In this document: positions 22,873 through 34,249 of the stretch, piece after piece
How the letters are laid out: every line of letters begins with the position of its first letter
How positions within the stretch are numbered: the stretch's first letter is position 1
Assembly: GCF_011745625.1 (NCBI RefSeq)
Contig: NW_027191481.1
Span: 186,001 to 250,000, forward strand
DNA: 64,000 nt
Direction of reading: 5' to 3'
Source of the DNA: Cladosporium halotolerans
Taxonomy: Eukaryota
Translations under genes and position numbers: made by a program
The notes under the pieces: model-generated
The model's database searches: none
What the model saw: only the letters and a program-made list of their open reading frames with translations
What the model was told of the DNA's origin: nothing

Positions 22873-25221
22873 ATGGAAGCAAATATGAAACCCACGCGAG
22901 TCGAAGTGCCGTTCTGGCCCACAAGTCCTGCCAACCTCAGTTGGTCCGCCGATAATCTGATTGCTGTTGGCGGCGGCGAGTCGGTCGCAATCCTTGTTCC
23001 TCAACTGGATCCAAAAGCTCCTAATGGTATTGCGTGGGACCAGATCGTCCAACGAGTCAGTCTATTCACTCAAGAAGATATCCCGTTTCACACTCCTTTT
23101 ACCTCGGCAAACTGGTCGCTTGGGGAGGAACTCTCTCTTCGCCACGTTACAAGCCTTGCTTGGTCCGGACCAGGACTTGCCCAATTCGGCACTTGCGCGC
23201 TTGCAATCCTGCACTCCAATCATGCGCTTGTCCTCTGGGAATGCGTCGGCCGACCCCAGGTCAAGGATAGCTGGAAGCGTTGCCTAGTCGTCAACCATGC
23301 GATACGAACATATTATCAAACCAACAACACAGGAGACTTCGAAATGACCGAGGTGAAGCAGAGAATCCGCGCTTTCACTTGGCTCCCGGCAGTCCAAAAG
23401 AACCATCGAACCGTTTTTCGAGGAATCGATCCGCACTTGGAGCGACGCGAGCATTTCCTGGTCGTGTCAACGGATGGAGGAGACATATTTACATTGAGGG
23501 TTTCCTCTCCGTACGATATCCTGAATCCAGAAAAGCGGCGGTGGGAGGTCGAAATTGCGCATCGATTAGAGGTGTCCCAGACCGACGTCGAGTGGAGGCC
23601 CTGCGACAACGGGAATATCGAACTTCCGGGTGCGGTCGATCTCGCGTGCAGTGACTGGGACGACGCAGGCCAAGCGAAATTTGCTTACCTTGTGAAGGGG
23701 CGCCTGTATTTCTGCAAGGCCCACTACGAGGAGTTCGCAGAAATCGGTGTCCGCGTCGTGATGTCTCAACCACAAGAGAGCATACTATCTCTTACCCCCG
23801 CGTTAAAAGGACCATTGAGGTTTGCACCAAACTCGAACTCGATATACGTCTTTGGCCCGGACGCTATCATTAATGTTGACCTCGAGAACGACATGAGCCA
23901 CGAAGCGCAAATCCATCACCTAGATGGCCGATGGGACGAGATCTCCGGTCTCACATTCACAGCAAATGCAGGCGGGACCCATGACCTACAGTTGGTGTCG
24001 CATATCTCTTCTGCCTCGTCTGGCACATCACGTCTTCCTCTTTCGCTAGAAGACACGCTGGATTCAAAAGAGCCTGATTGGCTTCAAGCGATTCAAGGAA
24101 GCAAAGCTACTTTCAGCGCATCCTATGATCTGGGGTCATATGTTCAAGAGCGTACATGGGGCATAGCAGCCTCACAGTTGGGAGACTTTGTAGCCACTTG
24201 CGTGTCTCTGCTCCCTGGCGACAGTCCCGCCCACTTCATCCAGTCTGAACAGAGAAGCGTGGTCACGATTACACCTGAATACAGAGATGAAAATTCTCCT
24301 TTCCCGATCAACGGTGGACGTTCACCACCACAAGATATATCCGCCGAATCCCTAATGTTCGAGCTCCGACAATACTTCAGTCGCAACGAAGAGCTCGACA
24401 AAAATGCCGAGAATAAGGAGACCATCAGGCATCTGCTGCTCAAGATTCTGGGCCTTTCTGACGACGATTTGAGCGCTCTGAGTGACATGGCTTCGCCTTA
24501 TGAAGATGAAGAAATGAGCGACTCAATCATTGATTCTCAAACTCTTGACGGATATCTCTGCTACTTAAAGGCACGCTGTCTCTACGACCCTTCTATGTTC
24601 TTCCAGCGCGTGGACCACTTGCTGGACATCGTTGCGCAACGTCCACCTAAGCTTCAGCTTACGAAGGAAGACTACAACCACCTTGTCACAACTGTTCTGG
24701 CTTTGCCCACTCGTCTGCACGAGGTAGGCGCCCTGAGTAGCAAGATCAGTGCCGCCTACAAAGCTGTCAAGGCCAAGTTTGATTCTTCAGGAAGCGCCGT
24801 CGATCCTGCGATGACAGACTCTGCCACTCTGACCGAAACATGCAAAATCTGCGAGCGGGATATTGAGCTTGAAAGCCTCAAATGGTCGCGGTGTGCTAGT
24901 GGTCATCAGTTCTCGCGCTGCTGTCTGACATTTTTATCGATCATGGAGCCGGGCATCACTAAGAGCTGTGGTATCTGCCAGGCGGTGTATCTAAACGAGA
25001 ACGTCTTGCCCGGATTGAAAGGGGCAAGTGCAGGTGAAGCGCAGACCGAGGATGATCCGTCGAAAACCGGCGGTCATGCGGAATCTTCGATGAACAATGG
25101 GAGTGGGCACCCCAATTCGCGTCATGCGGTTGCGCAGATTGAGCCGATTGCATCACTTGCAAGACTAATTTTTGCTGCATGTGATAAGTGCATATTTTGC
25201 GGCGGAAAGTTCGTTGCTTGA
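22873..25221 (+). CDS. TFIIIC subunit delta (GTF3C4/Sfc9-like) with C-terminal zinc finger
   Basis: N-terminal LSWSADNLIAV and LAWSGPGL. C-terminal CKIC..CASGHQFSRCCLTF..CGIC..CIFCGGKF. Confidence 0.75.
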   Translation: MEANMKPTRVEVPFWPTSPANLSWSADNLIAVGGGESVAILVPQLDPKAPNGIAWDQIVQRVSLFTQEDIPFHTPFTSANWSLGEELSLRHVTSLAWSGPGLAQFGTCALAILHSNHALVLWECVGRPQVKDSWKRCLVVNHAIRTYYQTNNTGDFEMTEVKQRIRAFTWLPAVQKNHRTVFRGIDPHLERREHFLVVSTDGGDIFTLRVSSPYDILNPEKRRWEVEIAHRLEVSQTDVEWRPCDNGNIELPGAVDLACSDWDDAGQAKFAYLVKGRLYFCKAHYEEFAEIGVRVVMSQPQESILSLTPALKGPLRFAPNSNSIYVFGPDAIINVDLENDMSHEAQIHHLDGRWDEISGLTFTANAGGTHDLQLVSHISSASSGTSRLPLSLEDTLDSKEPDWLQAIQGSKATFSASYDLGSYVQERTWGIAASQLGDFVATCVSLLPGDSPAHFIQSEQRSVVTITPEYRDENSPFPINGGRSPPQDISAESLMFELRQYFSRNEELDKNAENKETIRHLLLKILGLSDDDLSALSDMASPYEDEEMSDSIIDSQTLDGYLCYLKARCLYDPSMFFQRVDHLLDIVAQRPPKLQLTKEDYNHLVTTVLALPTRLHEVGALSSKISAAYKAVKAKFDSSGSAVDPAMTDSATLTETCKICERDIELESLKWSRCASGHQFSRCCLTFLSIMEPGITKSCGICQAVYLNENVLPGLKGASAGEAQTEDDPSKTGGHAESSMNNGSGHPNSRHAVAQIEPIASLARLIFAACDKCIFCGGKFVA

Positions 25222-25487
25222 CGCCTTTGTATGGCGTTGCGTGCCTGAGTGACCGTGTCGCTAGGCTTGGCTGCAATCTCAATGTGCATTCCTGCGCATT
25301 GCTGTTGTGGCTACGGCAACCACATGATCGCCTTAGCAGTCTAGCGCGTCCGACCATCTATCTCAGCTTGCGTTCATGGAACGATGGACAGAGTCGACTG
25401 CACACATCGGACAAGACTCAGGCTTCGGAAACTTCACAACTTTGGATCAAGTCAGCGCCTACTGTCACGCATTAACGATTGTATCCA

Positions 25488-27311
25488 ATGGACCCTGGTA
25501 TGGATTCGACCTCTGAAGTTGACGTGCGTCTTTCGGACTCGCCGCGTCGCTCGCCACATGTGACCAACTCTGTCACTAGTCCGGTCCGCAGCGTGCATCC
25601 AGACCTCATGGAATCGATCAACAATCAAAATGACTTCGGCGCGAGGACCACAGATTTCTTTGATGACACTACAAGTGAGGAAGACGTCTCGGGTGTGCTA
25701 GACAGAGAAGCCAGTGGTGTAGAAGCAAGTTTGATCGACAGAGGAAGGCATTCGCAAACCAAAAGACGCGCTTCGAAACACCACGCGATACCAAATGAAC
25801 AGTTGGCTACAGACTGCCAGAAGAAAGGAAGGTCTACGCAACCAGAAGGTGATGGCTACCATAAACTCTCACCAGTACGCCTGCCGGAACGGGAAAGTCG
25901 ATACACAGACGAGCCAGATACTCCAAGCACATCCTTCAACGGATCGATCACGGAGCTACTCCCAGGAGATCACGGCAGCAGTCCACCTACCTATCCGCGC
26001 CCAGCACGACTGTCCGGTTTCGGACGTCCTCACAGCACGGTAGAGCCTCGATCTGAGCCGGCGTACAGGTCCTCATCTGTGATGCCAGCGCCGGTAGCGA
26101 ACAAAGTCGACCAAATGCTATCAGCTCATGCAATTGCACACGAAATTACCTTGAATGCACTCATGCGAGATGAAAATACGCTGCACAAAACCCTGGATAC
26201 TTTCGTGCCCATGCACCCTGGCGAACGTGGCTCACTTCTCCCGGCTTCGCTTCGATACAACGACCCGAGGAGCCCTGGGAGCATGCGCAAATTCTCAGCA
26301 CCCAGCGACACGCAAGGAACGCCCGGGACAGGCAGAAAGGTTCAGGTCGTTCCGCCACCTATCGATACTACCGGACCACGAAGATCTCTACCTGATAGTC
26401 TTGTTCGAACGCCCTACCCACTCGGGGGCGAAGGCGCACGTCACAAAGACCTGAGTGAAATGGTTGAAAGTGGGACCGAAGCAGAAACACCCACGATGGC
26501 CACAGAGAGTATTCTCACACTCAGCATAAAGCCAAGCGCCTCCAACAGTCGCCGTCGTGTTACTTCTATCATCATCCCGCCCTCAAACAACTTCTCAGCT
26601 GTCCGCACGGCCGGCACGACGGAAAAGGAAAAGCACTTCCGCGGCCTGGACTTCGACGACCAGGAATTCTTCCGTCAGCTCCAACAAGCCTACGCAAGTC
26701 TCGCCGGGCCGTGGAGATTCTTCAGCGCCAGGAGTCTCAAGCGAATGGTCGTTTCGGGCGCCGCTAGCAGGGCTGCGGATGCTGGTTACGGGTGGCTACA
26801 TCAGCCCAGAAGCCCGCGCGAGCTTGCATTCAAGGGGTTGCAGGACACTTTCGGCGAAGACAAGATACTCGCGCATTACTATCGCCCGAGCATGGGTAAG
26901 TCTAGGTACGCATTCGTGCATTGGGCACACCGGTTGTCGGCTGCGGAGGCGCGACAGTCGTCGCCTAGAGACCAGGCGGGGTCGAGAGAGGAGAGGAAGC
27001 TGGTGCATAGGATTGAGCAGCCGGAGGGACTGGAGTTTGTGCTCTCTTGGTCAGTGAGGCGCGTCTCGCTTGCCTTGGCGGTTGTCATTGCCGCTAGCGT
27101 GGCGGCAGTGTTGCTGTGGGTCTTCCTTGGGCGAAGCACGACTCTCATGAACACAGATAGCGCCAATCCCGGAGATGTGATGGTCACTGATGGTGGCTTT
27201 CACAATGCTGGAGACCGCGTGGCGCCAGGCTTGGTCATGGGGATCTGCGTCTTGCTGGTCGGACTGAGTGGCATAGCAGGCTGGATGGGTGTGAGCTGCC
27301 TAGTGGCGTGA
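25488..27311 (+). CDS. Hypothetical protein with two C-terminal transmembrane segments
   Basis: 607-codon ORF. Disordered N-terminal half, hydrophobic segments VSLALAVVIAASVAAVLLWVFL and LVMGICVLLVGLSGIAGWMGV. Confidence 0.75.
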   Translation: MDPGMDSTSEVDVRLSDSPRRSPHVTNSVTSPVRSVHPDLMESINNQNDFGARTTDFFDDTTSEEDVSGVLDREASGVEASLIDRGRHSQTKRRASKHHAIPNEQLATDCQKKGRSTQPEGDGYHKLSPVRLPERESRYTDEPDTPSTSFNGSITELLPGDHGSSPPTYPRPARLSGFGRPHSTVEPRSEPAYRSSSVMPAPVANKVDQMLSAHAIAHEITLNALMRDENTLHKTLDTFVPMHPGERGSLLPASLRYNDPRSPGSMRKFSAPSDTQGTPGTGRKVQVVPPPIDTTGPRRSLPDSLVRTPYPLGGEGARHKDLSEMVESGTEAETPTMATESILTLSIKPSASNSRRRVTSIIIPPSNNFSAVRTAGTTEKEKHFRGLDFDDQEFFRQLQQAYASLAGPWRFFSARSLKRMVVSGAASRAADAGYGWLHQPRSPRELAFKGLQDTFGEDKILAHYYRPSMGKSRYAFVHWAHRLSAAEARQSSPRDQAGSREERKLVHRIEQPEGLEFVLSWSVRRVSLALAVVIAASVAAVLLWVFLGRSTTLMNTDSANPGDVMVTDGGFHNAGDRVAPGLVMGICVLLVGLSGIAGWMGVSCLVA

Positions 27312-27363
27312 GGCACTTCCCTTCTGATGCGTGTAAATCTTTTCCTCTACAGACTTCTCGTAA

Positions 27364-28833
27364 TCAATCTTCCAACTCGAATAACCGCCCAGCAACAGGC
27401 ATCCACTCATCATCCCATCTCCTCTTCCCCTCTTCTAGCACGCCCTGTCTTAGCCTCTCCAACTCACCACCCTTACCGATAAACAACTCCTCCAGAATCC
27501 TCGTCAACTCCTCCGCACTCCCAAACCCGCGCCCATTGACGCCTTCCGTCACCAGCTCAGGCCACGCCTCGAACTCACTCCACCCCGCAACCGGCAAGCC
27601 CGTGCCGAACATGTCAACGACTTTCATCGGCAAATCCACGCCGGACGACGAAGTGTGCAAGCTTATGCCCAGATCCGCCGAGCCGAGAAGTGAAGCGTAA
27701 TCTTCGGCGCTCAGCCACGCCGTCAGCACGACGACATTCAGGAGGCGCTTTTCCTGGTTCAGAGCGCGGATGCGCGAGAGGTAGTGTTCTTTCTGTGGAC
27801 CCTTGCCGGTGATGATGGCGAGGATTTTGGGCAGGTGCGTTTGGTCCGTCGCGGAAGCGGAGTACGCGACTAGTGCTTCGAGGAGCACGGAGAAGTCTTC
27901 GTCCGGCGTCCAGGAGGTGGAGGAGACGATCAGGCGCCAGGTGCCTTTTTCGAGGTCAGGCGCGTACTGGGCTGTTTCCGGGAGTCGGTGCAGGAAGGCG
28001 GAGCGCTGGGCTTGCGTGAGGGGCTGGAAGTGGGCTGGCGGGCGGTCGTGTAGCGCTACGGCTTCGATGGCCCATTTCGATTTGAGCACGCGCGCCATGG
28101 CGTTCGTGACGGAGAAGTGCGCGAAGGCGCGCTTGGAGAAGAAGCCTTCGTACCATTCTGAGATTCGTACGAGAGGGTGGGAATCGCCCAGGCGCAGGGC
28201 GAGGATGGAGTAGCCGAAGTTGTGCCAGTCGACGACGAGCCGGGTCTTCCTGAAGAAGCAGAGGAACTGGGCGACGGCGAGTGTTGGAATCGAAGGAGGG
28301 TTCTGCACCAGCATCCATTTCGCTGGGGCGGTCTTGTATCCCAGAGCGTAGTAGAGACTCCAAACTTGGTGCAAGACTTTCAGCGGCGCGGTTAAGAGGA
28401 ACAGTAGTTTGTTGCTCGTCTGTAGGTATTTTGGGAACGTTGGGATTGGGAGAATCGATATCAAGCGGTTGGCTTGAATATCGGGGTGGACGTCTGAGTC
28501 CACGTAGCCAATGATCACTGCCCTGCCTCCTCGAGCTGCAATACTCAAGGCGTGGTACTGCATGCGAGGACTGCGGCCAATGTCGCCGAGCACGACGACA
28601 TGGACGGATGTATCGACTTTGAAAACGCCATTCTCGTCCTTATGCGCTTGATAGGACGCGTAGCCGGACTTTTCAGCGTCCTTCTTGTCTGCTTCAGTGA
28701 AGTCTGAATCTACAATTTCCCGCGGCTGAGATCGATCGTATATCTGCGGAAGAGTTGCAATGAAGATGGTCAAGGCCGTGGAGATGGTGACGGCCACGGG
28801 CAATATGAGCTGCAAGATGTCCAGCAGATCCAT
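27364..28833 (-). CDS. ALG1: Chitobiosyldiphosphodolichol beta-1,4-mannosyltransferase (GT33)
   Basis: VVLGDIGRSPRMQYHALS, QNPPSIPT, DWHNFGY, SSTSWTPDEDF, LHTSSSGVDLPMKVVDMFG. Confidence 0.96.
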   Translation of the reverse strand: MDLLDILQLILPVAVTISTALTIFIATLPQIYDRSQPREIVDSDFTEADKKDAEKSGYASYQAHKDENGVFKVDTSVHVVVLGDIGRSPRMQYHALSIAARGGRAVIIGYVDSDVHPDIQANRLISILPIPTFPKYLQTSNKLLFLLTAPLKVLHQVWSLYYALGYKTAPAKWMLVQNPPSIPTLAVAQFLCFFRKTRLVVDWHNFGYSILALRLGDSHPLVRISEWYEGFFSKRAFAHFSVTNAMARVLKSKWAIEAVALHDRPPAHFQPLTQAQRSAFLHRLPETAQYAPDLEKGTWRLIVSSTSWTPDEDFSVLLEALVAYSASATDQTHLPKILAIITGKGPQKEHYLSRIRALNQEKRLLNVVVLTAWLSAEDYASLLGSADLGISLHTSSSGVDLPMKVVDMFGTGLPVAGWSEFEAWPELVTEGVNGRGFGSAEELTRILEELFIGKGGELERLRQGVLEEGKRRWDDEWMPVAGRLFELED

Positions 28834-29451
28834 CCTGCGGCGTGGCGGTCCGTCCGTGGAGGTGATAGGATGACGTCCCAGTAGGCTGAATCAAGGCTCC
28901 AGGGCCGCAGGTCAGGGTTATTAACCAGAGTGGCCCGCCCGGTACGCTAAACCCGTCGCGACGGAGATCTGCGTCGGCCTCTCTCAAGGGTTCATGTACA
29001 CGCTTTTGGCTACGAAGGTGTAACCGAGTAGAGGGCGGTATCTGGGTCTTTTGAAGTAAAAATTGCGAGATGCTTGGATTCCAGAATCACCCAGGTTTGG
29101 GAAATCTCCCTTTGCCGTTTGCGATCCACGATCACCCCAGAGATCTTTCTCCGCGGCAAGACTATTATCTGGTGTTTTGATACGCGTCCTTGCACGCCCC
29201 GTTTGAACTTGTGAACCGCGCTTGGGGGATAGGGGCGCCATAGAGATCTGTGCAGATTGTGAGATGGTTGTCTATCCCACCTTGATCCACTGCTAGCAAC
29301 TGACGACGTGGTTTGGCTGCCGACGCTTAAACTGTGCACCAAACAGACACACCTCACGGTCACCCTGCAAACCTCATGGCGCGATAAGACTCAACAAAGC
29401 GACGCCGCCTCCCTCCTCCCACACACGCCGCAATCTCGCGATCCGCTGCCC

Positions 29452-32386
29452 ATGGCTTCTAGCTATGCGCTTCCTCTAACCGCCGCCGGCGATATGGCGA
29501 GAAACCATCATGGTCACAGCCACTCCTTCTCCGGTTCTCAGCTCTCGCCTGCCTCTACCAACAACTCCTTCTCCAGTACCAATGGCCACGTCAGGAAGGC
29601 TGCCTCGAACGGCAGCCTTCTCTACACTCACGATGAGACAAGTCGAGAGAACAGTCCGTACCCGTCGCCGCAGCATGAGCACGATCATGCCCAGGCGTTT
29701 CAAACAAACATTGACGCAGCGCACACGAACGGCCACGTCCATGCCCATTCCCACGACCATGCCCACTCGCATTCGCACGACCACGCACACGGACACTCGC
29801 ACTCCCATTCGCACAGTCACTCTGGATCGCCAATGAAGGGAAGAGCAAGAGGCGAGTCTGACCTTGGGAGGAGTGGGTTGAGTAGTAGCGCATACACACC
29901 AGGGCTCAGCGACATACCTGCTGCCTCTGCTTCATGGTTCTCTCTGCCCGAAGCGCTCACAGCCCTCCTCATTCCTCTGCCATACCTGCTGGCCTCGGCT
30001 GCGTACTCGTCGAACGGTGGAGCTGTGTCTCAAGACGCGTTTCCTCCGCTGTCAGCCTACGCGAAGCTACAAGAGGAGGTCCTGACGTCGACATCGGATC
30101 TCCCTTCAAAACAGCCTGGGAAACCGTCGGGTTTGGTTGAGGCATGTCAACTTGCTTCTGGGACATTGTTACTTGTTGGCATCCTGGCAAAGATAAGAGC
30201 TCCGGAAAGGGTATTGGACCGTCGTAAGGATGGAAACACCCCTAGACAGGCGCGGATTGCTCTTGATGCTCCCACATTGCAGTCAGTTACCATGCGGACC
30301 ATGAGCGTCGGTTTTCCATTCTACGCGGCTATGAAGCTCGGTGGCATGCGGACAGGCCTTGTGTTGCTTGCGGCCGTGGCAGCCAACCTGACTTGCTTCG
30401 ACAACGCGCCCGGACTCTCTCCGAGCCAATGGGTAAACCAGGCGATGAAGACGAAGCTCACGCTGGCCGCCATCGTGCTCTCCATCCTCTTTGACTTCGC
30501 TGGCTTCACGATACATACATCGATATCGGACTTGTTCCTTGGCTACGTGGCTCTCGCCATCAGCGTTATTTTGGTACACCCTCCGCTGCCCACTTCAAGT
30601 GGCCGATCTTCGAGCCAAACGGCTATTCGGACCGCTTCTCCTTTGACAAGCTCCAAAGGCGACGTCAATTTGACTCTTATTGCTGGTGGAGTGCTTTCTC
30701 TTGTCACTGTGTTCGCGTCTGTTGTGCAGTCAAAGTCACTTTTTATGCCCAAATCGGTCTTCTTCAGCACGTTATCGATTGTGACCGCTACTGCCGCCAA
30801 CTTCCTCGCGCAGCCTGCAACTTTACGCAACACCACAAAGGCAGGCCTGGCGTTGGGCTGCCTTGTGACAGCAAGCTCCGCATTTCTATTCTCTCCTTCT
30901 CTCTGGCCCGGCACCATCTGCAATGGCGGGCTATCAGCGCTGGCATTTGCTGGCGTCATGTTTGACACGTCTTCTTCGCTCTCTTCTGGAACCGACCATA
31001 CACACGATCACGCAAACAATGTCAACACCCGTCATGATCACCATGCTGACGGCGAATACTCTCCTTTCACACGCCTCGTGCTCTCAAAATGCGAGCCCGG
31101 TTCCCTCATACACAGCATCGTCATTGAAAAAGATTCCAGGCGCATAGCATATTTCACATGGTATGCAGCAATCCTCGCCGCGAAGAACTTGGGCTTTACT
31201 GACTGTCAATAGTTTAAATTTCGCTTTCATGCTCGTCCAGGGTCTGTATGGTTACTTGAGTGGATCTCTTGGTCTGTTGAGCGACACTGTGCACATGTTT
31301 TTCGATTGCTTAGGTCTCGTCGTGGGTCTGGGCGCTGCTGTTGCTTCGAAGTGGCCGACTAGCCCCGAGATGCCTTACGGTTGGGGCAAGCTCAACACAC
31401 TTGCTGGCTTCGGCAATGGCATTTTCCTCATGCTGGTCAGCGTGGAATTTGTCTGGGAGGCTACTGAGGGTATTCTTGAAGGGAGGGAGCTGAGACGAGT
31501 GAAGGAGCTCCTTATTGTCAGCACGCTTGGATTTCTGGTCAACATGGTGGGATTGTTCGCTTTTGGGCACGCGCATCACGGGCACGATCATGGGCACGGC
31601 GGTCACGATCACGGACATTCTCACGGACATTCCCATGGACACTCCCACGGTCATTCTCACGGACACTCTCACGGTCATTCTCACGGACACTCACACGCGC
31701 ACTCTCACGACCACGGACACGCACTTGATCACTCGCACGACCACTCACACTCGAACGGTTGTGCCCACGGCCACTCACATGACGACCACGCCAAGCACGC
31801 CCCTGCAGCCCACGATCATGGCCACCACTCGCACGAGCACAATGACAACATGCACGGCATCTTCCTGCACGTCGCCGCCGACGCCGGCGGCTCACTGGCC
31901 GTCATCCTGTCCACCGCCATGACGCTCTGGAAGCCCTGGTATCTCTGGGATCCGCTCGCGACCATCGTCATCGCCATCCTTATCTTCGCCGCCGCCGTCC
32001 CACTCGTCGTCTCGTCCGGCCAGAAGCTCCTCCTCGTCGTCCCGGACGATTTGGAGTATGCTGTTAAGATGGCCTTGCAGGAGCTAAGCGAGCTCCGCGG
32101 CGTCGTTGGCTACGCTGTTCCACGTTTTTGGCTTGATGATAGGGAGGCGCCGGAGGCGCACGATCATCACCATCATGGCCATGGACATGATCATGGGCAT
32201 GACCATGCGGGCACGAAGCCGAAAATCTGTGGTGTCATTCACGTCATCGCTGCGCCGTACGCTGATCTCGAGGACGTGAGAGACTGTGTCGACGATTTGG
32301 CGCGCGAGCGCGGGATGGATATGCTTGTGCATGTGGAGCGGGAAGGCGAAGGGAAGTGTTGGTGTGGTGGGGGCCAGAAGACTTGA
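29452..32386 (+). CDS. MSC2: Cation diffusion facilitator zinc transporter, Msc2/Cis4 (ZnT5/7) type
   Basis: Exons 29452-31160 and 31213-32386. Long multi-TM N-terminus, DSRRIAYF, SLGLLSDTVHMFFDC, NMHGIFLHVAAD, His-rich loops. Confidence 0.88.
31610..31693 (+). repeat. Coding 12-nt tandem repeat x7 encoding (HGHS)7
   Basis: Seven CAYGGWCAYTCH units that differ only at synonymous positions. Confidence 0.92.
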
Positions 32387-32911
32387 TGTATTTTCCGTTG
32401 GTTCTCAGCGTTGCTTTTGTGTATGTTTGGTGTTTACATGTGGATGGAAATGGGCTTGGACATGGGCGCATTCGGGAAGGCTGAAGTCGTAGCATTTTTC
32501 TTCGCATTAGAGGTGTAGCTCGATTCTTGCGGATGCACGAACATGTTTGAATTTTTATCTCATCCACATTTGCGATTTGAACATGTACCGATAACCAGTT
32601 TCGAGACTGAGGGGCTCCACACGTCGTCGTTGTTTGTTGCCCCATACGGCGGAGCGACAGCGCTGACGATTTGCATCACGAACTTTTTTCCCGCTGTTTG
32701 AAATCTTTGACCCACATTTTGACCTCTACCCAACTAGTCTTTAGTCATAACTCGATACTTTCCTATGAACATCTATAAATCAATCGGCCTGGAATTCTGC
32801 ACTGGACTCATCAGTATTACAAGAAAGACTCCTGCTGCGAAAAATATCAACTACACTCACTTGGTCTGGGGACGAACGGCCGCTTGACATAGCCGCCACC
32901 TCCACAACACA

Positions 32912-34249
32912 ATGGCTTCCGATGCGCCTCTACTCAAAACGACTGTCCTCCCCGTGGACGCCACGAAATTAGGTTCACTCACATCACGGCCTTCACAGAA
33001 TGACATCCTGGATGAATTAGACATCGAACTGGACCCCAACTCTCCCGATGCTCAGCACCTGCGCAGCGCAGCAGAACAACTCAGGACGTCAGATATCCCC
33101 GTCGCCTTCCCGACAGAAACCGTCTACGGTCTCGGCGCAGATGCCACGCGCAGTTCCGCGACGAAAGGCATCTACAAAGCAAAGCAAAGACCCGCCGACA
33201 ACCCTCTGATCGTCCACTTCGCCTCCCTCGAGCAACTCCGCAACCTCCTCAGATCCCCAACCGACGCCCCGGACACAGACCCGATCCCGCCAATCTACAA
33301 ACCACTCATCACAAAGTTCTGGCCCGGCCCTCTAACCCTCATCCTCCCCAACCCACCGCACTCCCCGCTCGCGCCCGAAGTCACCGCCGGCCTCTCCACC
33401 TTCGGCGCCCGCATGCCCCGCCACCCTCTCGCCCTGGCCCTCATCCGCGAAGCCGCCGTCCCCATCGCCGCGCCCTCCGCCAACGCCTCGACGAAACCCT
33501 CCCCCACAGCCGCCGAGCACGTAGCCTACGACCTAGACGGGCGCATCGAGACGATCCTCGACGGCGGGCCCTGCGACGTCGGCGTCGAGAGCACCGTCGT
33601 CGACGGCCTTTCGTCGCCGCCGCTGATCCTGAGGCCCGGCGGGATCAGCCTCGAGCAGCTGAGGGAGTGCGAGGGCTGGGAGCGCACGGAGGTCGGGTAC
33701 AGGGATGTTTCGGAGAAGGGCGTCGCGCCGCGCGCGCCGGGCATGAAGTATAGGCATTATGCGCCGAAGGCGACGGTGGTGCTGTTTGAGAGTGGGAGGA
33801 GGGCGCCGGGGTGGGGGGACTTGGTGGGGAGTTTGAGGGAAGGGAGGAAAGTGGGAGTCGTGAGGACGAGGAGGTGGGTCTTTGATGGGCAGGGGGAGGA
33901 GGGGCCGGTTAAGCTGGTGGAGGGGAAAGCTGTGGCGCGTGCTAATGGGGTGGAGAAAGTTGCGAAGGGCTTCGAGGGGATGCTGCAAGCGGTTCACAAG
34001 CAGCATGTTCAGCGGAGCGTGGAGACGCATGAGGTGGCAAATGGGGATGAGAAGTTTACGTTGCTGGATATAGACTTGGGAGGCGACACGGCGGATATTG
34101 CACGAGGTGTATTTGCCGCACTGAGAGACATGGACCGACTGGACGTCGACGCGATTTTTGTCGAGGGTATTGGTGAGGAAGAGGGCGATGTGGCTGCTGC
34201 GGTTATGAATCGGCTGCGGAAAGCGGCTGAGGTAAAGGTGGCTGCGTGA
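32912..34249 (+). CDS. SUA5: Threonylcarbamoyl-AMP synthase (t6A tRNA modification)
   Basis: VAFPTETVYGLGADA, KQRPADNPLIVH, FWPGPLT, AAPSAN, GVESTVVD, APGMKYRHYAP, AVMNRLRKAA. Confidence 0.96.
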   Translation: MASDAPLLKTTVLPVDATKLGSLTSRPSQNDILDELDIELDPNSPDAQHLRSAAEQLRTSDIPVAFPTETVYGLGADATRSSATKGIYKAKQRPADNPLIVHFASLEQLRNLLRSPTDAPDTDPIPPIYKPLITKFWPGPLTLILPNPPHSPLAPEVTAGLSTFGARMPRHPLALALIREAAVPIAAPSANASTKPSPTAAEHVAYDLDGRIETILDGGPCDVGVESTVVDGLSSPPLILRPGGISLEQLRECEGWERTEVGYRDVSEKGVAPRAPGMKYRHYAPKATVVLFESGRRAPGWGDLVGSLREGRKVGVVRTRRWVFDGQGEEGPVKLVEGKAVARANGVEKVAKGFEGMLQAVHKQHVQRSVETHEVANGDEKFTLLDIDLGGDTADIARGVFAALRDMDRLDVDAIFVEGIGEEEGDVAAAVMNRLRKAAEVKVAA

